This document shows, piece after piece, positions 60,704 through 64,000 of a stretch of 64,000 nucleotides of DNA. The DNA is from Azolla caroliniana (Eukaryota; Plantae; Polypodiophyta), in contig JBHGNT010000001.1 in NCBI GenBank assembly GCA_043228905.1, positions 16,988,001 to 17,052,000 on the forward strand, read 5' to 3'. The translations under genes and the position numbers were made by a program. Within the stretch, counting starts at the first letter, position 1. The number at the start of each line of letters is the position of its first letter. Under the pieces are notes generated by a model that worked only from the letters and a program-made list of their open reading frames with translations, made no database searches and was not told the DNA's origin.

Positions 60704-62400
60704 CTAGAGCGCTTGCCACGTCGGGTTTTCTCCTAGCTGTATGATTTCTTCGTCTTTTGGCATATTTTGGTCTCTTACTTCTGCCACATTCTGTTCATTG
60801 GCCTCCTTGATCCATTGCGCCGCTTGTTTTCTGATTGCCTCCTGGGCTTCCCACTCGACGGTCTTCCCCTTTGACCGGGTTGTGACCTGCTGCACTTCCG
60901 TTATTTCGGTTGTAACCATGTTGACTGCCGGCTGCTTGTCATTGGTTTTGCTTGGGCATTGGTTACTATAATGACCCTCCTTACGGCAGTAATAATAGTA
61001 CACCTTGTGACTGTTGCTCGTATCTCCTTTGTCCCCGGTTTGGGGGGTGGGTATACTTCGGCGGTCGTCTTCGGTTTTTCGGTTATCCGGTACCGATACC
61101 GGGTTGTCATTCCTTGCTGCCTCCCGACGTTCCTCTCTTCGGAAAAATCCACGCTTCTGATTCCATCGGAAATTTTGGTTCCCTTGTCGCCTCTCTTCTC
61201 TGCATCGTTCATATTCCGGGGATTCGTCTCGGTCGTACCGGTCCCAGGGGTAGCTATCTCTGCGTTTCTCCTCTCGGTCATAGTTATTGCGTCTTCTATC
61301 AACGTATCTGTTACCGCGTTCGCGTTGGTAGCGGTCGTCTCTCCGGAATCGATCCTCATCCGGGTCCTGATTGCGTGGTTCTATGTGTTGAACCGGTGCC
61401 GCCTGCCGATTTAATAGGTTATATTCGCATCGGTCCGTTGTATGGGCTCGAGAGTTGCAGATCATACATTGTGTCCGCAGGTTGCAGTCTACCGTTGAGT
61501 GGCCCGAATTTAGGCATGTTGTGCATTGTAAGGCCTGTCGGAACCTCAGGTCTTCCTCCTTCGGGAGTGCCCGGTGTAACATCCCCATCGACAAGAAGGA
61601 GCTAGTCTTGTCCATTTCTAAGACCCGATCAATAACTTGGTCCATTGTGCTGGTGCGGAAATCAAGGACTCCGCACATCGTTCGAAGTGGCTCTTTTAGC
61701 GCGGCCAAAAAGACTGCTTTGGCTTCGTCTTCGGGTGGTGCTCTCGTCAGTTGGCTGTGCAGGGTCTGAAACTGAATGATGAATTGTGGCACAGTCTCGT
61801 TCTCTTCCTGCCGGGTGGTGTAGAACTGCCCGACCAATTCCCTTTGCTCAACTTGTCTGTGAAAAAGCCTGAGGAATTTGGCCTTCAAGGCATCGAATGT
61901 GGCAAAGGTGCCCGGTAAGTGCTTTGCGTGCCATCGGGCCGCCGGTCCTTCTAAGGTCATGCTGAATTCGGCGACTTTGGATCGTTCGGCTTCGGGCTCC
62001 GTCAATCTTTGGGAGACATGGTTGGCTTCCCATGTTTGGAGGAATGCGTACACGTGTGCCTCCGCGTCGGGCTCATCCCGGTACTTTGGGTATGGGTACG
62101 GCATCGTGTCGTCCAACTAACTCTCCTGCTCTCTTCGCTCTCTGTCCGTTGTCGGCGTTGGTGTGAGAACCTTCGGTTCCTCCGCGGTTGGTGCCGGTAT
62201 CCCCGCCTTCAGTTCCTCCGCGGGTGTTGCCGGTGTCCGGTCCTTTGGTTCCTCCGCGGGTGTTGTCGGTATCCGCTCCTTCGGTTCCTTCACGGTGTCG
62301 AGGTATTCCTCGCGGATGCGTGGAATGAGGCGAGGCCTCGGGGGTCTTGTACTGAAGAGCAAGAGACAAAGGAGAAGGGAAGGGACCCAATACTTGTGGG
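60704..62400 (-). CDS. Gypsy gag with R/D/E-rich tract and an N-terminal 36-bp (12-aa) repeat
   Basis: ORF 60704-62116 plus 62117-62362 (PAEEPKDRTPAT-like unit, about 4 copies). Confidence 0.9.
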
Positions 62401-64000
62401 CGTAGATTCACCGGGGCACGGCCCTTCGACACAAAGACGCGAGTGGGACACCGACGCAGAGAGACACGAATGTATGTATATATATATTAACAAGGACAAA
62501 CAACAAGAAGCACGAAGTTGGTTACAACCGAACAGGCCGGCGAACAGATGCCGATGCCTGTTCGTAAACGCTCAGAAAGAAAGGAGTAGGTTGGAGGTGC
62601 TGCCGGAAGCACTCGGGCATTCCTCAGAGCAGCGCAAGCCTCCCGAAAACCTGCACAGAAAGAAGCTACGGAGTATGGAAGAGAGAGAAGCCTTCGGCTG
62701 ACAACCCGACAGCACTTCGTCCTCTCTAACCGCGATCCTTCCCCCCTTCTCGTCGTCGTGACGCTTCTTGAGCGCTTTGATCCGCTTCCCAGCTACCGGT
62801 ATCGCCATTCTCGTGCCGTCGAGTTCCGCCAGATGGTACGTCCCGTTGTTGTTGGCGCTTTGTACCACGTAAGGCCCGAACCATCTTCTTGCGAACTTCC
62901 GTGTCGCTCGGTGCTGGTTGTCGAGGCTGCTGTCGTAGACTAGCACCCAGTCGCCTTCCTCGATCTTCTTTGGTCGGAGCCGGTGCGTCCAGTCGAACCG
63001 GGCTTTGTTCCTCGTCCTTGCCACCCGAAGCTTTTCCGCAGCCCGCTCCACGTCCTCCGGCCTTCGCTCGAGCTGTCGTATGCGCGCCGCCAATAGTTCC
63101 TCCCGGCTCATCTCGTCTCTCCAGTCCACGGTTGCCCATGAGGAGATCGTACGTTCCATCGGCATGATCGGCTTCTGCCCAAACATGAGCTCTGCCGGCA
63201 TGAATCTGGTTACCGAACTGTGCGTAGTTCGGTCAGCCCACAACGCGTAAGGCAGCAGCCGCGGCCAGTTCCCGACTTGCCCTCCGCATGCCCGAACTAA
63301 CGCCTTGACGATCGGTCCGTGTCCGCGCTCCACCTTCCCATTCGCCTCCGGATTGTACGCAGTGGTAAGCGAGAGCTTGACTCCTAGCCGGTCGAACAGC
63401 TCCTCGGCCTCTTCCGCGTCCAACTCCCCGCGATCAGCCATGATCTTCCCGACGCACCCGTACCGGCATATCACGTCCTCGATCAGGAATCGACATACGG
63501 CCGCGGTCGTTTTGTTCTGAAGGGCTCGGCCTTCCACCTGGTTCGTCAGATCCTCCCGAGCCAGGACCAGATACCGCATCTGTCCTACTCCCATCGGCAT
63601 CGTCACCAGATCTACCATCCATTTGAAGTGGATGGTCGGAGGGTACGTAGGGTGAAGCTCGTCCCGAGGTCGGACTATGGAGTGCATCTAACAGCTCTCG
63701 CAAGTTGTCACGAACCGATGCACGTCCCGGTACAGTCTCGGCCACCAGTACTTCCCCTTTATCTTCTCGAACGTGGCCCACGTTCCACGGTGTCCAGCCC
63801 AAGGGCTGTCGTGGTAGGCCGTCAGCAACTCCTCCTGTTCTTCCTTCATCGCCACCACCTGGAGCGGGACTCCGTTCCTCTTCTTCGGGTGCTTCCATAA
63901 GTATCTGTCCCAGAGAAAGAATCGGTATGCTTTCTTCCGGATCCGGTTGGTCTCGTCCTTCGTCCATGACTCATCCGGCGTCATTGTCCTCAAGAAACCA
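62401..64000 (-). mobile_element. Different gypsy lineage: integrase, PPT and probable 3' LTR (~62401-62735)
   Basis: ORFs 63688-63993 and 62572-63687 (HDSPWAGH, WMVDLV, ADRGE, PEANGKVE); PPT AGAAGGGGGGAAGGA at 62736-62750. Confidence 0.85.

Larger units (their letters stand above)
47673..62400 (-). mobile_element. Athila-like gypsy element, relatively intact; 5' LTR not in the window
   Basis: 3' LTR 47673-48061 (TG...CA); gag, pol and extra ORF; interrupted by Copia-E and by another gypsy at ~62401. Confidence 0.9.

Overview
This window is a gene-free nest of LTR retrotransposons from a eukaryote, most likely a land plant. The element lineages and the C-to-T decay pattern suggest a bryophyte or fern, but the organism cannot be fixed from sequence. 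About 20 elements or fragments are resolved by LTR termini, PBS/PPT and 5-bp target-site duplications (TSD). They include Ty1/copia elements primed by tRNA-iMet with canonical PPTs, one of them with near-identical LTRs. They also include several Athila-like non-chromovirus Ty3/gypsy elements (gag with CCHC knuckles, PR-RT[FLDD]-RH-INT, then a long 3' extra ORF). The most striking signal is that four gypsy 3' ends (2285, 14887, 46272, 48064) have no polypurine tract. In its place is a ~40-nt stem-loop with compensatory base changes, followed by a copy of a tRNA-Arg 3' end (...CCCACGGGCGTGCCA) exactly 2 nt before the 3' LTR. This hints at a non-canonical, possibly tRNA-primed, plus-strand initiation. 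No host genes, RNA genes or CRISPR arrays were found.
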